Below are positions 38,685 through 52,057 of a stretch of DNA of 64,000 nucleotides, piece by piece. Position 1 is the stretch's first letter. Each line of letters begins with the position of its first letter. Source of the DNA: Selaginella moellendorffii (Eukaryota > Plantae > Lycopodiophyta). Under the pieces are notes generated by a model that had not been told where the DNA came from, ran no database searches, and was given only the letters and a program-made list of their open reading frames with translations. The DNA is taken from the NCBI RefSeq assembly GCF_000143415.4, contig NW_003314266.1, forward strand, positions 3,604,398 through 3,668,397. Reading direction: 5' to 3'. A program made the position numbers and the translations under genes.

Positions 38685-40868
38685 TTAGCCAGTGTTGCAC
38701 TGCCATTCTCGGCTATCGATTTCTTTGAGCAGTGCTTTTTCCAGCTCGAGCTCATGGATGATCTCGTCATATATCTTGTCTTCTTTATCACCTGAGTGAG
38801 TATCACAAAGAGCTCAGCGGATAGAAATCATACCGACGATTACTTCCACAGATTTTATATACTTTTGGTTGATGAGAACTTGAGAGATCAATCACCTGCT
38901 GGAGTTTGGATCGTCACGATAAACCCCTTTTGCCTTAGCTCGATCTCGGCAGCCTCTCGGTTGTAAGTCTCAACCTCGAAACTCAGAGGCTCGGGTGGCG
39001 CATCTCCCTGTATAACCAAGAACGTTTAGCGAGCTTCCCGAAACGAAACGAAAAGTGTAAGAACCTGTTCGTATCGATCATAAGGAAGCACTGTTGGATC
39101 CAAACGCCATCCAGAAACTCCTTGTTTGTACACATAGCACCTAGAAAGAGCATGACAAGCTACTTCTTTTTCTATTCCTCTATTGATTTTACCTTGTTAT
39201 GCCAGCATCCGAGCACAACTGGGCCACCCACATTGCTCGCTTCGACGTCCTGCCTAAGCACAAGAATGACAAATGATGAGGAAAAAGAGTTGTAAAGCTA
39301 AAGTGGAGACTCACTGTATAGGATCACCACGTCGTTCTCCTCAATCTTTGGAAAATGATGATTGTTCTCCCAATCGCTCGCACTCATAGCCAAGCCTTTA
39401 GGCCATTCTTCCACTGCAAGTTCCAGCTGTTTAGAAGATTACAGTGAGTACGAATTTGGTACCTGGAATGTGTAAAGAGCCAGGAATGTGGCCGTAGAGG
39501 GACCTCTCGTCATATCTGCGAACGTCTATCAACAGAGGCCGGATGCCTGGCTGCTGCTCTTTTGCGTTAAATCCCGCCTCCTGCAGTACGAATGCAACAG
39601 CATCCCTGGATCACCTACACAGATGAGGTCTTGCATGACTCACCAAGCGGCAAGAAAGCATCCAAACCTTCCCAGAAAATTGATGTAGGACCTTCCGGCA
39701 TCGGACATGTACGCTTGGATTCCTCCAGAAAGAACACAGCATCTATAAATGCCGAAGAGTAAGTCGTGACACAAAGAATAACGTTTGTCTCTCACCCGTT
39801 AAAGCCAAGCTCAGCAGCAACAGTAGCAGCCCGTTGTGCTCGCTGTCCTCTCGTCGAAACAAAAACCAGAATAGCGGTTCTCGTCGGTTGCTTGGCTGCT
39901 GGAAACCGGCTATCCCATACGCTTTCTACGAGTTGTAAGCAGGCTCTCACTTCACTTTCTGCATTACTAGAACGTCAATTTCAGGTGTAAAAGCCCGAAA
40001 AACAACACCGACAGAAGCCAACAGTGAAACAAGGGACAAGAAACATCACGAGCAATAAAGAAAAGGAACACAAACAAAGAAAGTAAGAACAAAACAACCA
40101 AACGAAAGAAACACAAAGAAAGAAAGAACAAGCAAGCCAAACAAACAAGAACAAAAGGTGGAAAGAAGTACCTGGAATGTTGATCACGTACTCGAGCGAG
40201 AAGGCGCTGGCACGAACAGCATCCGGATGCCTCACGTCGATGAGCAAGAAGGGCACGCTATCCAGCTCCGCGAGCTTCCTCACCGCCTTGGGACTTAGCA
40301 TCGCGTAGAGCGGAGAATCCACAGGCCTGAAAGGAAGGCTATTGATCCTCGCCTCGCTCACCCCTTGTCCATCTCTAAGCATCTGTCGCCGCCGAGCCAA
40401 GACCCTGCGAAGCTGCCTCACGCTCCACGCAACCACGGCGATCTGGAGCAAGAACGTGATGGAGCCGCCCACGTAGTGGATCAAAAGCCGTCCCCGTTCC
40501 TCGCCATTCTCGCCATTCTCCCCATTCTCCCCATTCTGGGAAGGCGATGGAGCTAGAGCTGCTGGAACCCCAGCGATTCCAGATATTTCGGGGATTCTTT
40601 CGATTGGCGCTGGCTCCGCCCCAAGACTGCCGAAATCCAGGCTGAGCGTGCTGTCCATAAGCTCTGAGGGCATCGTCGGTCGATCCCAGCGCTCGCCATA
40701 GCTGCCGCTGCCTCCGCCATCACCGCCGCTGCCTAATCCTACTCCTGCTACCGAGAATGACAGACCTTGCCGTGGATTCGAGGATGCCGATGGCGGCTGC
40801 GACGATGGGAGCGCCGCCGCAAGCTTCTCCAGGTCGGCAACCATGTCCTCCATTGGAGACGAAGCCAT
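38685..40868 (-). CDS. Membrane-anchored tandem rhodanese-domain protein (multi-exon; ends approximate)
   Basis: TM segment, LLIDVRHP..YVINIP, ILVFVSTRGQRAQRAA..LGF, CVLSGGIQAY, and a second repeat ending CYVYKQGVSGW. Confidence 0.75.
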
Positions 40869-41564
40869 AGCTGGGAGGAGCCCTAATAAAGTAATAAAAG
40901 AAGAGAAAAATGCCAAATCCAAAATGTTTGGATTATAGACCAAATAGAATATGCTTCCAATTTAAAAGCTCTTATACCACCTCCAAGGAGTGTAAACCTT
41001 TCCCTGGACATAGCAAACCATCCAAACGGTATTGAGCTCGAAATGCTAGCCCTGGGAATCTCTCGGGCATAAACTTCGTAGGGTGTTCCCAGATTCTTGG
41101 ATCGCGTCCCATGGCCAAAGTAAACAACGCAGTGCCTTTGGGAATGTGATAGCCGCGGATCTTGCAAGATTCGTCAGAGCTGCGAGGGATGAGGAGTGGA
41201 CCTGGAGGGCAAATTCTCAGAGTTTCCGTACCTTCGGGGCATTGGTGACGAGAGCTAGTATGATAAGTGTAGTTCGCGGTGGCTTGTAGTTGTGATCACA
41301 ACCCCGGGTTTTAGAGAAATCCCAGAAGAACTCAACCTTGCCGAAGATCCACTTTTCTGCCAAACGCTTGTGCTCATGCTCACGGACGAAGACATCACCC
41401 AGATTCCAAGGTAAGGTTTCAAGCTTTCGAGGCCTGGGCTCACGAGTCAGAGCAATCAATAGCCTACCTTCCAGGCCTGTGAGTTAGAGGTCTTAGGTTC
41501 TTGACCAACTTTAGAGCTCTCCGTCCTTTAGAAATGCCGGGGTTGGGGACATCGCATTGGATCC

Positions 41565-41760
41565 TTGTTATGCCAGTATCCGAGCACAACTGGGCCACCC
41601 TCATTGCATGCCTTCAAACAAGAATGAAATGTAAATCTCAAAGAAGAAACTTAAAGAGTTATACAAGCTAAAGTGGAGACTTACTGAATGGAATCACCTA
41701 ATTGCTCGCACTCATAACCAAGACTTCCAAAGTTAGAGAAGTAGAAATTTGGTACCTATG
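41565..41760 (-). pseudogene. Partial duplicate of rhodanese gene exons (39195-39465)
   Basis: ttatgccagtatccgagcacaactgggccaccc and aagctaaagtggagact match 39196-39315. Confidence 0.75.
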
Positions 41761-41846
41761 GAGAAGCCTTAGAAATCATTACTGAGTGAAAAGCGTGATC
41801 GATGCTCGTCTTAAGTCCTCGATGCTGGTATGTTGACCAACGTTGA

Positions 41847-43558
41847 CTAAGTCTGGGGAGCTTTCCCCTGAATGGTCAGAACCGAGAAATCGCCAACGCA
41901 GTAGTGATGGATCGTCTTCCTTGGGTCTAGAGCCACGCCATTATAGCAAAGCTGCCACTTCTTCTCGTTTGATACAAGCTCATGTGCTACCTTTCTCTTG
42001 ATCGCTCTCACGCTCGCGTTGCTTGGAAACATCGCTGTGTACGAGCTCCCTGTCGTGGGCGAGACCACCGTGATCCATAGCTGTGTCTCCGGCGATGATC
42101 TAGATTGATTCCGAGCTCAGGAAACACTTAGAGAGTATTCTAGAGTTTTTCTTACCTTTTGGATCTCTTGTTCTTGCGAGAAAGCTGATGCTGATTTCGC
42201 TGATGCTCGCATTCTTCCTCGCTGGTGGAATCTTGATCGCTCGAGGACGTGGGTATGTCGAAACAGTAGCTACATTTCCTCTTGATCTTCATGTCGAGAA
42301 GACGCATCTCTCTCCTGAAACTTTGGAGCAGATCGAGCTTGTCCAGTACGACGCTCTCAAGCTTTAACTCGAAGAGTTTAGCGCAGTCCACTTTGGCCAA
42401 GAGTTCCCGGAGCTTCTCCCTGTCGAAGTCCTCGATGCTGGTCATTATAAACCTGTTGATCTCCTGGCAGAGAATGTCGTGACCAGTCGATCGATCGGAG
42501 ATGAAGCCGGCGACCTCCAAGAACTCGTCGAGATTCATCTGCCCTGGACACGACTCTTGCAAGTAGACTTCCATGAAGTGGACGGCGAGCCTTGTGTATT
42601 CTGGCTGATGCCTCGCAAAGTTTCTAGCGAGAGATAGAGCCGAGATGGAATCAGGAAAACCAGTTCTTCGACTCTGATCGCACGGAAGGAGATTCCCAAA
42701 GAAGTCGATCTGCAAGGCCTTGATCAAGTTGCGGTCGATCTTCTTCAGTCGTGAACTAGAAGCAGCCAGGAAATCCAAAAGCGCAAGAGCTGGAAAGATG
42801 GCAAGCAAGCCGTCGAGGGTGTCGTCCACATTGCCTCGATCAGGGAGTTTCCTCATGTGTTCTTCATGGAGATCTACTTTTTCTTGGAAATGCTTGAGCA
42901 GAAACTCGGAGAAAAGCCCGGCGTTGCGGCAAATCTGGAGCCTTTGCACACATCCAACCTTGAAGATGAGCTTGTGTAGAGCAGTGACGAAGGACTTCGC
43001 GACCCCCCAGAGAACAAAGGCACCATACGGGAGGACTTTTTTCTCGAAAAAGCAGGACAGGAACAAGGAGAGAAGCTCGCTCGATAGATGAAACATCACC
43101 TTCTCGAAAACCTTGTCGAGCGATTCCTCCAGCATCGAAAGAAATCTCAAAGCATCCGAGAAGAAGAGCGATACCTCGGCGTGGGTGGACAAATCTGTCA
43201 ATGTAGGCAGGGCCTTGTCGAGGAGCTTGGCAATGGCGTCGCCATCTCTAGACTCGCGAATCCATAGCAGGTCACACCATCGATCTAGGAGTGGGATCTC
43301 CAAGAAGCTGGAGGCGGCACGAAGAACTGCAACGTTGGACCCGTCCACCCGATTGTCACGCTCTTGCAAGGCCTTGAGAAGTCTATCAAAGCCATCTGAG
43401 CCTCCCGGGAAGTTTGGAAGATCCACAAGCAGGCGACTGCCTCCTCCAGCATCCAGTGCACATTTGCAGATCTTTCGGAAGAATTCAGCTGCTTCCAAGT
43501 TGAACTTATCATCGACAAATCGTTCGCCTGCCACGAAGATCACTACTTCCGGGGCCAT
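41847..43558 (-). CDS. Divergent BTB-NPH3 (NRL-like) protein with a C-terminal ubiquitin-like domain; 2 exons (intron 42155-42100), about 551 aa
   Basis: BTB: VIFVAGERF..LPNFPGGSDGF..SNVAVLRAASSFLEI; NPH3-like HDILCQEINRFI..LLAKVDCAKL; a phase-2 56-nt GT-AG intron joins in frame to LWITVVSPTTG..SVRAIKRKV..QLCYNGVALDPRKTIHHYCVGDFSVLTI. Confidence 0.8.
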
Positions 43559-44387
43559 CCATATAAGAGCTTGGAAGGGTAAAAGAATGACATTAAAGTA
43601 TAACCATTTTAGAATATTCTCTTCTTAAAGAAGGGTTTATTTATATAATTACAATAAACCAATGACATTTTTCAAGAATATAAATAACAAGTAGATAGAA
43701 GGTTTTGAGCCATTTAAGCATAAAAGATAATTACAAAATTGATACAAATAACTGATATTAAAATAAAATAAATAATTTAAAATATTTCTAGAAAAATATT
43801 TTATTACACTTAAATTAATTTTAGCATGTAATTATTTATTATAATACTATTCAGTTGTCATTTCATTCTACATTGTTTAAAATTTTATTTACAAAAAAAG
43901 GATTTATAGTTTTCTAGATGTGACACTTTGATGTTACATATCACACACTTTTTTAGAACTTTGTACTCAGAGTATTCAAAACATAATTAACTTTATATTT
44001 TTTATAAATTAATAAAATATTTGAAATTATTGTAAAATCTTCAACTTTTTTTCATAGTATTATGACTCTTTATATACTAGGCTTATTTAAGTTTAATTAA
44101 ATCTACTATTTACTAAAGTTTTTATTTTTTAATACACAGATTGAAATTTACACTTTTGCTATATCAGTTGCTCAACTTGGCATTTTTATAATTTGTCAAT
44201 GAAGTTTAATGCTTCTAGCTGATGCCACAGATGCCAATCTTAATAAATTTTACATAACAGTTCCATGATAAATAAATGAGTGTTTTTGTAAGTTATGATC
44301 AATGTTGTCGTTTTCCAGCCCCTTAACATAAAGCTTAAAAAGATTTAAAACGACATCCAACAACTCAAAAAGAGTGTTAGAGGTATG

Positions 44388-45507
44388 TGTAAGCGACTAA
44401 ATTTTCCATTCTACTTTAGTCACTTAACCACACCTCTGACCACTTGGAGGAGTCTCATTCACAACCTCCATAAGTCCAATCCAGGACTTGGGACTTGCTA
44501 GCCCCGAGAATGGCATCCATGCCACTCAACATTTGCACTTGGTCCAAGTGCTCCACGTGTCCGATCCCATGACCGACACTCAAAGGTACCACCGACATAG
44601 CAGCCCGTTACGCTAAGGCCATGCCCAATCACCTTTGCCACACTGGTAGTCCAATACCACTTGCATCACCGTCTTGGCTCTCCAAGACTAGGAAAACCAT
44701 CCGTGAGTGGTCATCTCAGATCCACTCCTTAGCATCCTTAGGATGCCCACCGACAAGGGGAATAGCCTTCCTCAATATCCCTCTGTCAGTCCCCACTAAG
44801 TCCCTTTCTGCCCCTGGCCGTGTTTGCCAACACTGCCACTGGATCGAGACCCACAGGCCCGACCACTAAGTCCCACGGTCCTCTGAGACTTCCTCACCAC
44901 ACGACTGTGTCCTTGGTCACTACCCCAGAGAACTGCTCCTCTTCCTTTCCACAGTCTGGGCCTTTGGGACAACATTTCGGAACACCGTGGCCTTACGCGA
45001 GCCACCTGGGTACTCTCCTCGCCTTCTGCCCTTGGGTGCTCTAGCCATGGGCTTAGAGCGGGTTCCGTTGAGCCACACCAGGTATCCAAGTAGGTAGTGC
45101 CACCCACACTTGGACTGGGAGCATCGGCCAGTCGATCTCCCGGGGGAACTAGAGCCGGCTCTTGAACACTTCACCAAGCTACCCCGCTTGTCGGTCTGTG
45201 TTCACTCTAGTCTTGGACTTCCCAGTGGGCAGCTCATCACCCAACACTGGGTCCGGCCTTCCTGGGCCAAACTGGCCTTTCCTGGCCAAACTGGCTCCAC
45301 TGCAGTCCTCCCCCTACTATACTTTTGGAGCTCACCAAACCCCCCAGGGTCTGGGAGACGAACGCTTTGGGCTTTCACCCTCTCAGGCTCCGGACTCGGA
45401 CTCGGACTCGGACTCGGACTCGGACTCGGACTCGGACTCGGACTCGGACTCGGGCTCGGGCTCGGGCTCGGTCTCGGCCTCGGGCTCGGTCTCGGTCTCG
45501 GTCCCGA

Positions 45508-45542
<35 letters not shown>

Positions 45543-46062
45543 ACTTCGGACTCCATCTCGGACTCCATCTCGGACTCCATCTCGGGTCCATCTCGGGCTC
45601 CACTTCGGACTCCAACTCGGGTCCATCTCGGGTCCACCTCGGACTCCACTTCGGACTCCATCTCGGACTCCATCTCGGGTCCATCTCGGACTCCACTTCG
45701 GACTCCAACTCGGGTCCATCTCGGACTCCTCTTCGGACTCCAACTCGGGTCCATCTCGGACTCCACTTCGGACTCCAACTCGGGTCCATCTCGGACTCCA
45801 CTTCGGACTCCAACTCGAGTCCATCTCGGACACTCCCACGTGTCATGTGTTGGTCCTTTTGGGTCTCTTTTTAGAGCCTCGCCTTTTGCTCCCTTCGTGC
45901 TCGTTCCTTGAGCACTTCGTTGGGAGTTCCACTCCCGCTCTTGACTTTTCAAGTCGGAGCTTTTGGTCCAAACGTGTTACACTCGTTTGGCTCTCGCTTC
46001 GGCCACTACCATGTGGCGCCCTTCCGGCTCCACTTTGGGGCCTAGGGATTTTGTGTCTCACA
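44388..46062 (+). mobile_element. Solo LTR (1675 bp) with internal tandem repeat
   Basis: TG..CA termini flanked by a perfect 5-bp TSD GTATG (44383-44387 and 46063-46067). Orientation assignment is tentative. Confidence 0.88.
45389..45830. repeat. (CTCGGA)n hexamer array grading into 12-bp and 36-bp higher-order units
   Basis: ctcgga > ctcggg > ctcggt runs, then repeated ctccatctcgga / ctccacttcggactccaactcgggtccatctcgga. Confidence 0.95.
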
Positions 46063-47053
46063 GTATGTAGTTCTAGGGATAATATGCACAAAGATATAGT
46101 GCATCAACAATCAACTCATGAAAGAAAATATAGAGCTTCATAATGAGATTTACACTCTCAAGGCAAAGGAGCTTATAATAATAGAAAATGACAATAAAAA
46201 TGAGTATAACAAAGAAAATGATGATAATGAGAAGTTCCACCAACTCAATAAGTTCAAAGTTAAATTCACAGGAATTTAGCATTAACAAAGCTAACCAACA
46301 CAATCGAATAGTAAGAGTCTTAAAACAAAGTTTCATTCAATCATGGGAGATTGAAGCACAACTAAACAACCATGTATTTTGGCGTTTTCTTGATAGTTAG
46401 GATTACAATTTTGACACTCAATGTTATAATTTTAATAATCATGATTCAGGAAGAAATGACAATTGCTACCATATAAGAATAGTTTTTATATAAATTATAT
46501 ATGGCGAGTTTTTATATAGATTTTTAAAAAATTTAATTAGGAGACAAAGCTAAATGGTACAAAATCTTTTGGAATTATTTGAATGTAATAATGGCAAACA
46601 GTACAAGTTACAAAAATATTTAAATTTTCTTAAATAAATTTAAAATCTTAAATAATAATTGTGGTTAATATCATATTTTTTTAGAAAAATATTTATTTTT
46701 TATAAATAATTTTTAAATAATAAAATTTAATGGGGCATATAATTTTACATTGCACCAAGTGATGGGATGTTATAGTAATATAAACAATATAAACTATATT
46801 TTTATTTTTATTTATAATTTGCTGTAGATTTTGTTATTATAAGTAAAATTAATATACATACACCAAAATTTTAAAATATTTATAATTTAAATCTCAAATC
46901 TCAAACCTTCCAACAATTTTTTACTTATGTATTTACTTTAACATAATAGAGCCTTTTTATACTATATTTTATATTATTGTTAATCATAATTAAATTAAAA
47001 TATGTTTATATACCATAAGATACTGACATGTTTACTTTTATTTATTATTATAC

Positions 47054-50000
47054 TGTGAGGGCCAAGTGTACGGCTACAATGCCGTATACTAATATTAGCG
47101 TAGTGGATTTTGGTAGACGTCAGATTGGTTTCAATCCGGACCACTCGCTTCTGTATATAAACTAGGGTTTTTGGGCTAATTGATATGCACATTTCTATAT
47201 TCCCTTTCCATATTCCATGCACTCATATTGGTAGAGATGAGGGGCACTTTTGATTGTCCTTAGGGAGTGCTTGGATTTGGGATTTCGGTTTAAATTTAGC
47301 TTTTGCATCGTTTAGATCTAGCTTTTTCCATTTCCTTTCTTTTGTTCTTTCCTTTTAGGATTTTGGTTTAGATTTAGCTTTTTGCATTGTCTAGATCTAC
47401 CATTTCTTTCCAACTTTTTTGTCATTTCTCTTCTTTTGCTCTTTCTTTTTCGTTCATCTTCATGACTGATCCGCAATCTCCTCCTTTGACTCTAGAGCAA
47501 CAGTTGGTTCAATTGCTTGATGCTATGTGCTTGCAATTGAACAACCAAACTCAGTTGATGGCGGCGTTCATGACACATGGTACAACTCCTCCTGCTCTTG
47601 GTGCCAATCCTCGCGTTTGGCCGGAGTTCTTTCGCGGGAATCCTAGGGATGATATATACCATTGGTTCGATCACTTTACGGTGATTGCCACATATCATTC
47701 TTGGGATGATGCTCGACGGTTGCGTGAGTTTCCCACGTGTCTCCAAGGGACGGCATTGTAGTGGTACAATGGTTTGAGCGCAGCCACTTGTGGGGATTGG
47801 AGTGTTCTCCCGGACGTCTTCAAATGTGCCTTCGGACATGCCGATGATTGTGATGATGCTTTCCAACAATTGCATCATCTTCGCTAAGGGCCATCTGAGT
47901 CGGTGATGCAATTTGGCGTTCGTTTCCGAAGTCTTTTGCTTCGTGCGGAGCCAAATATGTCGGAGCGGATCAAGCTAGGAATGTTGTGGCCAGCACTTCG
48001 TCAAGATCTTGTCAGACTTGTGCATGCACTTGCTCTTGTCACCCTTGACGATGCTCTTCACTTGGCACAACGTTATAAGACGTCGCCTCTTCCACTTCTC
48101 GCTGCATGTCCTTCCACTCCACTTCTTATGGGTGATGGTCCTGTTCCAATGGAGGTTGATGCTGTTGCTGCTCGAGTCCAAGGACAAGCGCGAGGACGTG
48201 GTGGTGGCCGTGATGTTCGCTACTGGGCGTGTGATGAAGTTAGTCATACTTATTGGCGTTGCCGTCGTTTTCCGGATTGGTGACCTCCATTTCCTGGGTG
48301 GAGACCTTGGCGTCAGCAACGTCCTCTGGGTGCTGCTGCAATGGAAGGTTTGAACACTGAGATGCATTTGGGAAACGAGGAATCGCGCGAGTAACGGAGG
48401 GACCTTGCGTGAATAAATCAGTGACCCCTCCATCTTTCTTTCGGGAGTATCATCAAGGGGTTCACTCGGCACCAGTTCATCCAGTGTTTACTTTCCAAGC
48501 TCGTTTTATTATTCTCTTATTATTCTCTCCGTGTTGGTTGATACAGGTTCGAGTTTATCTTCTATTGCTCGACCTGTTGCCACACGTTGTCGTCTACACT
48601 TGCGTCGTGCGGCAGAACCAGTTTTCATTCTTTATGGCAACGGCCATACACATGCATGTGCACGGGATGAGGTGGACCTGGTTGTACGTGTGGGCGATCT
48701 CGAGCTTGAGTTGCAGTCGTTGCGGGTGGTGCCGAGTCAAGCTTTTGACTTCATTCTTGGTATGGATTGGTTGCAGCGCAATCATGCCAAGTGTGACTTT
48801 GAGGCTTCTCCCATTTGTCTCATACTTCCTTATATTTCATCCATTCCTCTCACTTCCATACCCCTTCATCCCTATAATTCTACCTCTGCTTCCATTACTT
48901 TTGTTCCCCCACTCTTTCCTTCTGTGTTTCCATTTTGTTCTACTTTTCCCTTTTCCAATCCCTCCAACGCTCTTTGTGTTGCAGTAGTTGACCGGCTCAT
49001 GAAGGAGTATTCTGATCTGTTTGAATTTGACCTATCGTTTGGGGCCAAGATTGCCACATGTCATCCGATTCCAACCGGGGATGCTCGTCCAATCAAGGTT
49101 CATGTTCGTCGTCAGTCACCTAAGGAGATCAAGATTTTACGAGCAAATGTCAAAGAAATGCTGGAGAAGGGTGTTATTCGGAAGTCGCGGAGTCCTTGGG
49201 CATGTGAACCTCATCTTGTGACCAAACCTGATGGGAGTATTCGTTTCTGCATCGACTATCGTCCGTTAAACGAAGTGACGATCCCAGATGTGTATCCTCT
49301 TCCTCACACTGCTGATCTCTTGGATCGTCTGGGGCGAAGTCGTTGGTTCACCAAGCTAGATCTTGCTTCTGGGTATTGGCAAGTACCGATGGCCGAAAAA
49401 GATATTCCTAAGACTGCTTTTCGTACACCATTTGGTTTGTACGAGTTCTTAGTGATGCCGTTTGGTTTGAACAATGCTCCAGCAACTTTCCAGCGGATGA
49501 TGGACGAGGTTCTTTGCGATATACCAGAGGTGACTGCTGACTTCATTGATGATGTCTTGATCCACTCGGAGGGGACGTGGGAGGAGCACGTTCGTGATGT
49601 TTGTAAAGTGTTGGATCGGTTACGTGATGTTGGTTTAAAGCTGAAGCGGTCAAAGTGCGTGTTTGGGTCCAAGGACACAACTTATCTTAGGTACTGTATT
49701 TCTTGTGAGGGTTTGCAAGTTGATCCGGACAAACTTGTGGCTGTTCTAAAGTTCCCTACTCCGAAGTGTGTGAATGATGTGCAGCGCTTTTTGGGTAAGG
49801 TGCAGTATCTCGGTCGTTTTGTGGATCATCTTTCCGATCACACTACACCATTGCAAGCGTTGCTGAAGTCATCAACGTCATCTTTCATCTAGTGTCCGGA
49901 TTGTGAGTGGGCGTTTGTGGATCTCAAAGAGCTATTGACGACTCCTCCGGTTTTGGCATATCCTGACTACACTCGACCTTTTATTTTGCGCGTGGATGCT

Positions 50001-52057
50001 TTTGACATTGGTCTTGGAGGTGTGTTGATGCAAGAGAGCTCGAGTGTGCCTGGTCAGCACCATCCCATTGCATACATAAGTTGTACATTACAACCAGCAG
50101 AGATGAACTACTCCACGATGGAGAAGGAGTGTTTAGCAGCAGTCTGGGGTTTCGAGAAACTTCATGCATATCTACATGGTTCTCAGACGTTACTTGAAGG
50201 TGACCATGCTGCTATTACTTCATTATTGAAGCGGAAGAACCTGGTTGGTCATACGGCTCGATGGGCTTTGAAGCTTCAGATATATGATTTCGATGATGTT
50301 CATCGCCCAGGGAGTTCTATGGCTGATGCTGATGCCCTTTCTCGAGCTCCTCTTCCTTCTCCACTCACTTCTCATGTTTCTGACGAACCTGTTGTTCCAG
50401 CGTCTATGGATTTTCTAGATGAGGATTCTATGCCGTCAGCGGTTGCTGTCCTTGATGTTCAGTGTCCACAGGGCGCAGAGCAAGATCTACCTTCTCTTGA
50501 TGAGGTTCGCGAGGCTCAAAAGATTGAGCCGTGGATTCGAAGGCTTCAAGATGGGTTTGAGAATCCTGCATCACTTGCTGATGACTTACCTTTCCGGCAT
50601 TTACATTCTCAATATCGCCTTGAAGATGGCCTTCTTTATTTTGTGGGGACGGATCCTGATGATCATTTACGGTTGGTGGTGCCTTCAGTGTTTATTCCGC
50701 GGTTTCTTCATGCCTACCATGATTCTCCTGTTCTAGGTGGGCATATGGGACACCGTCGTGTCACTGAGAAGCTGCGCAGGTCTTTCTATTGGCCGAAGAT
50801 GCGATATGATATTATCCAGTATGTGCATAGCTGTGTTTGGTGCCAAGCTCGTAATACTCCCCCTTGTGCTGCGGAAGGACGGTTGGAGTCAATTGCAGTT
50901 TCCCGTCCATTTGAGTTTGTGGCATTTGATCTTATGGGACCTTTTCCACGATCGACTACTGTCAATGAGTATATTATTATTGCTTCTGACTACTTGACTC
51001 ATTGGGTGGAAGTTGGTGCTCTTGCTAGCGCCTCTGCAACTACTGTTGGATACTTCCTCCTCAATCGAGTGGTGTTCCAGCATTCTTGTCCAAAGCGGAT
51101 TCTTTCGGATAATGGTCCTGCATTTATGGCTGAGGTATTTCATGTTTTGACATCTCGGTTGGGGATACACCACACTTTTACGAGTGTTTATCATCCACAA
51201 TCAGATGGTCTGGTGGAACAGCTCGTTTGAACATTCAAAGGGATGATTGCGAAGTATATGAACTTTTAGCATTCAGATTGAGATGGTTATTTGCCGTCTC
51301 TTTGGTATGCCTATGTCACAAGGGTGCAGAGTTCTGTTGGTGCTTCATCATATAAACTTCTATATGGTCATGATCCAATATTACCAACAGAGTTGGGTTT
51401 ACCTTCGCAATTGCCACGAGCTCCTGATGCTAGGTCATGGGATTAGTATTTGACAAGCATTCTTCCACTTGTCCAAGCAGAGTCTACCAAACACTTAGGC
51501 TGCGTACAAGTGGGACAACAACGACGCTACAACTCCCATCATCGTCCACCTGCGGAGTACAAAGTGGATGATTTGGTGTTAGTCCGTTTTCCCCATCTTA
51601 CGGTACGTGGTTTATCTAAAGGGCTCCTTGCGCAGTGGAAAGGACCGTATCGGGTGTTGCGGCAAGTTGGACCGCAAGTTTATGAAGTTCGGCATGACGT
51701 TCAGCAGGCTGATCCTCCGGAGATTGTGTATGTGCAGCGGTTAAAACGCTTCATACAAAGGGATCAGGAGCAGTTAATACCGTCTACAGATCCGCCGATG
51801 CCTCCTCCTGATGTTCCTCCAGATCCCGGCCCATCTACAAGAGAACCCTGACGGCCTTCCATTATTCCGAGAGGAGGGGATGATATGAGGGCCAAGTGTA
51901 CGGCTACGATGCCGTATACTAATATTAGCGTAGTGGATTTTGGTAGCCGTCGGATTGGTTTCAATCCGGACCACTCGCTCTTGTATATAAGCTAGGGTTT
52001 TTGGGCTAATTGATATGCACATTTCTGTATTCCCTTTCCATATTCCATGCACTCACA
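47054..52057 (+). mobile_element. Near full-length Ty3/Gypsy LTR retrotransposon (non-chromovirus-like), 5004 bp, several in-frame stops
   Basis: 174-bp LTRs at 47054-47227 and 51884-52057 (about 9 differences); TSD ATAC; PBS tggtagagatgagggg (tRNA-Ala-like); PPT gagaggagggga; gag from 47462; pol order PR (LVDTGSS), RT (FIDD), RNase H, INT (HxxH..CxxC, ILSDNG, WKGPYRV); no chromodomain. Confidence 0.95.

Noticed and set aside
45389-45830. Possible CRISPR-like array
   Set aside because: No unique spacers or cas genes; eukaryotic tandem repeat. The same applies to 54472-54622.
45110-46143. Long ORFs in all six frames (GL, SD, RT, SP repeats)
   Set aside because: By-product of a stop-free hexamer array inside a solo LTR; not genes.
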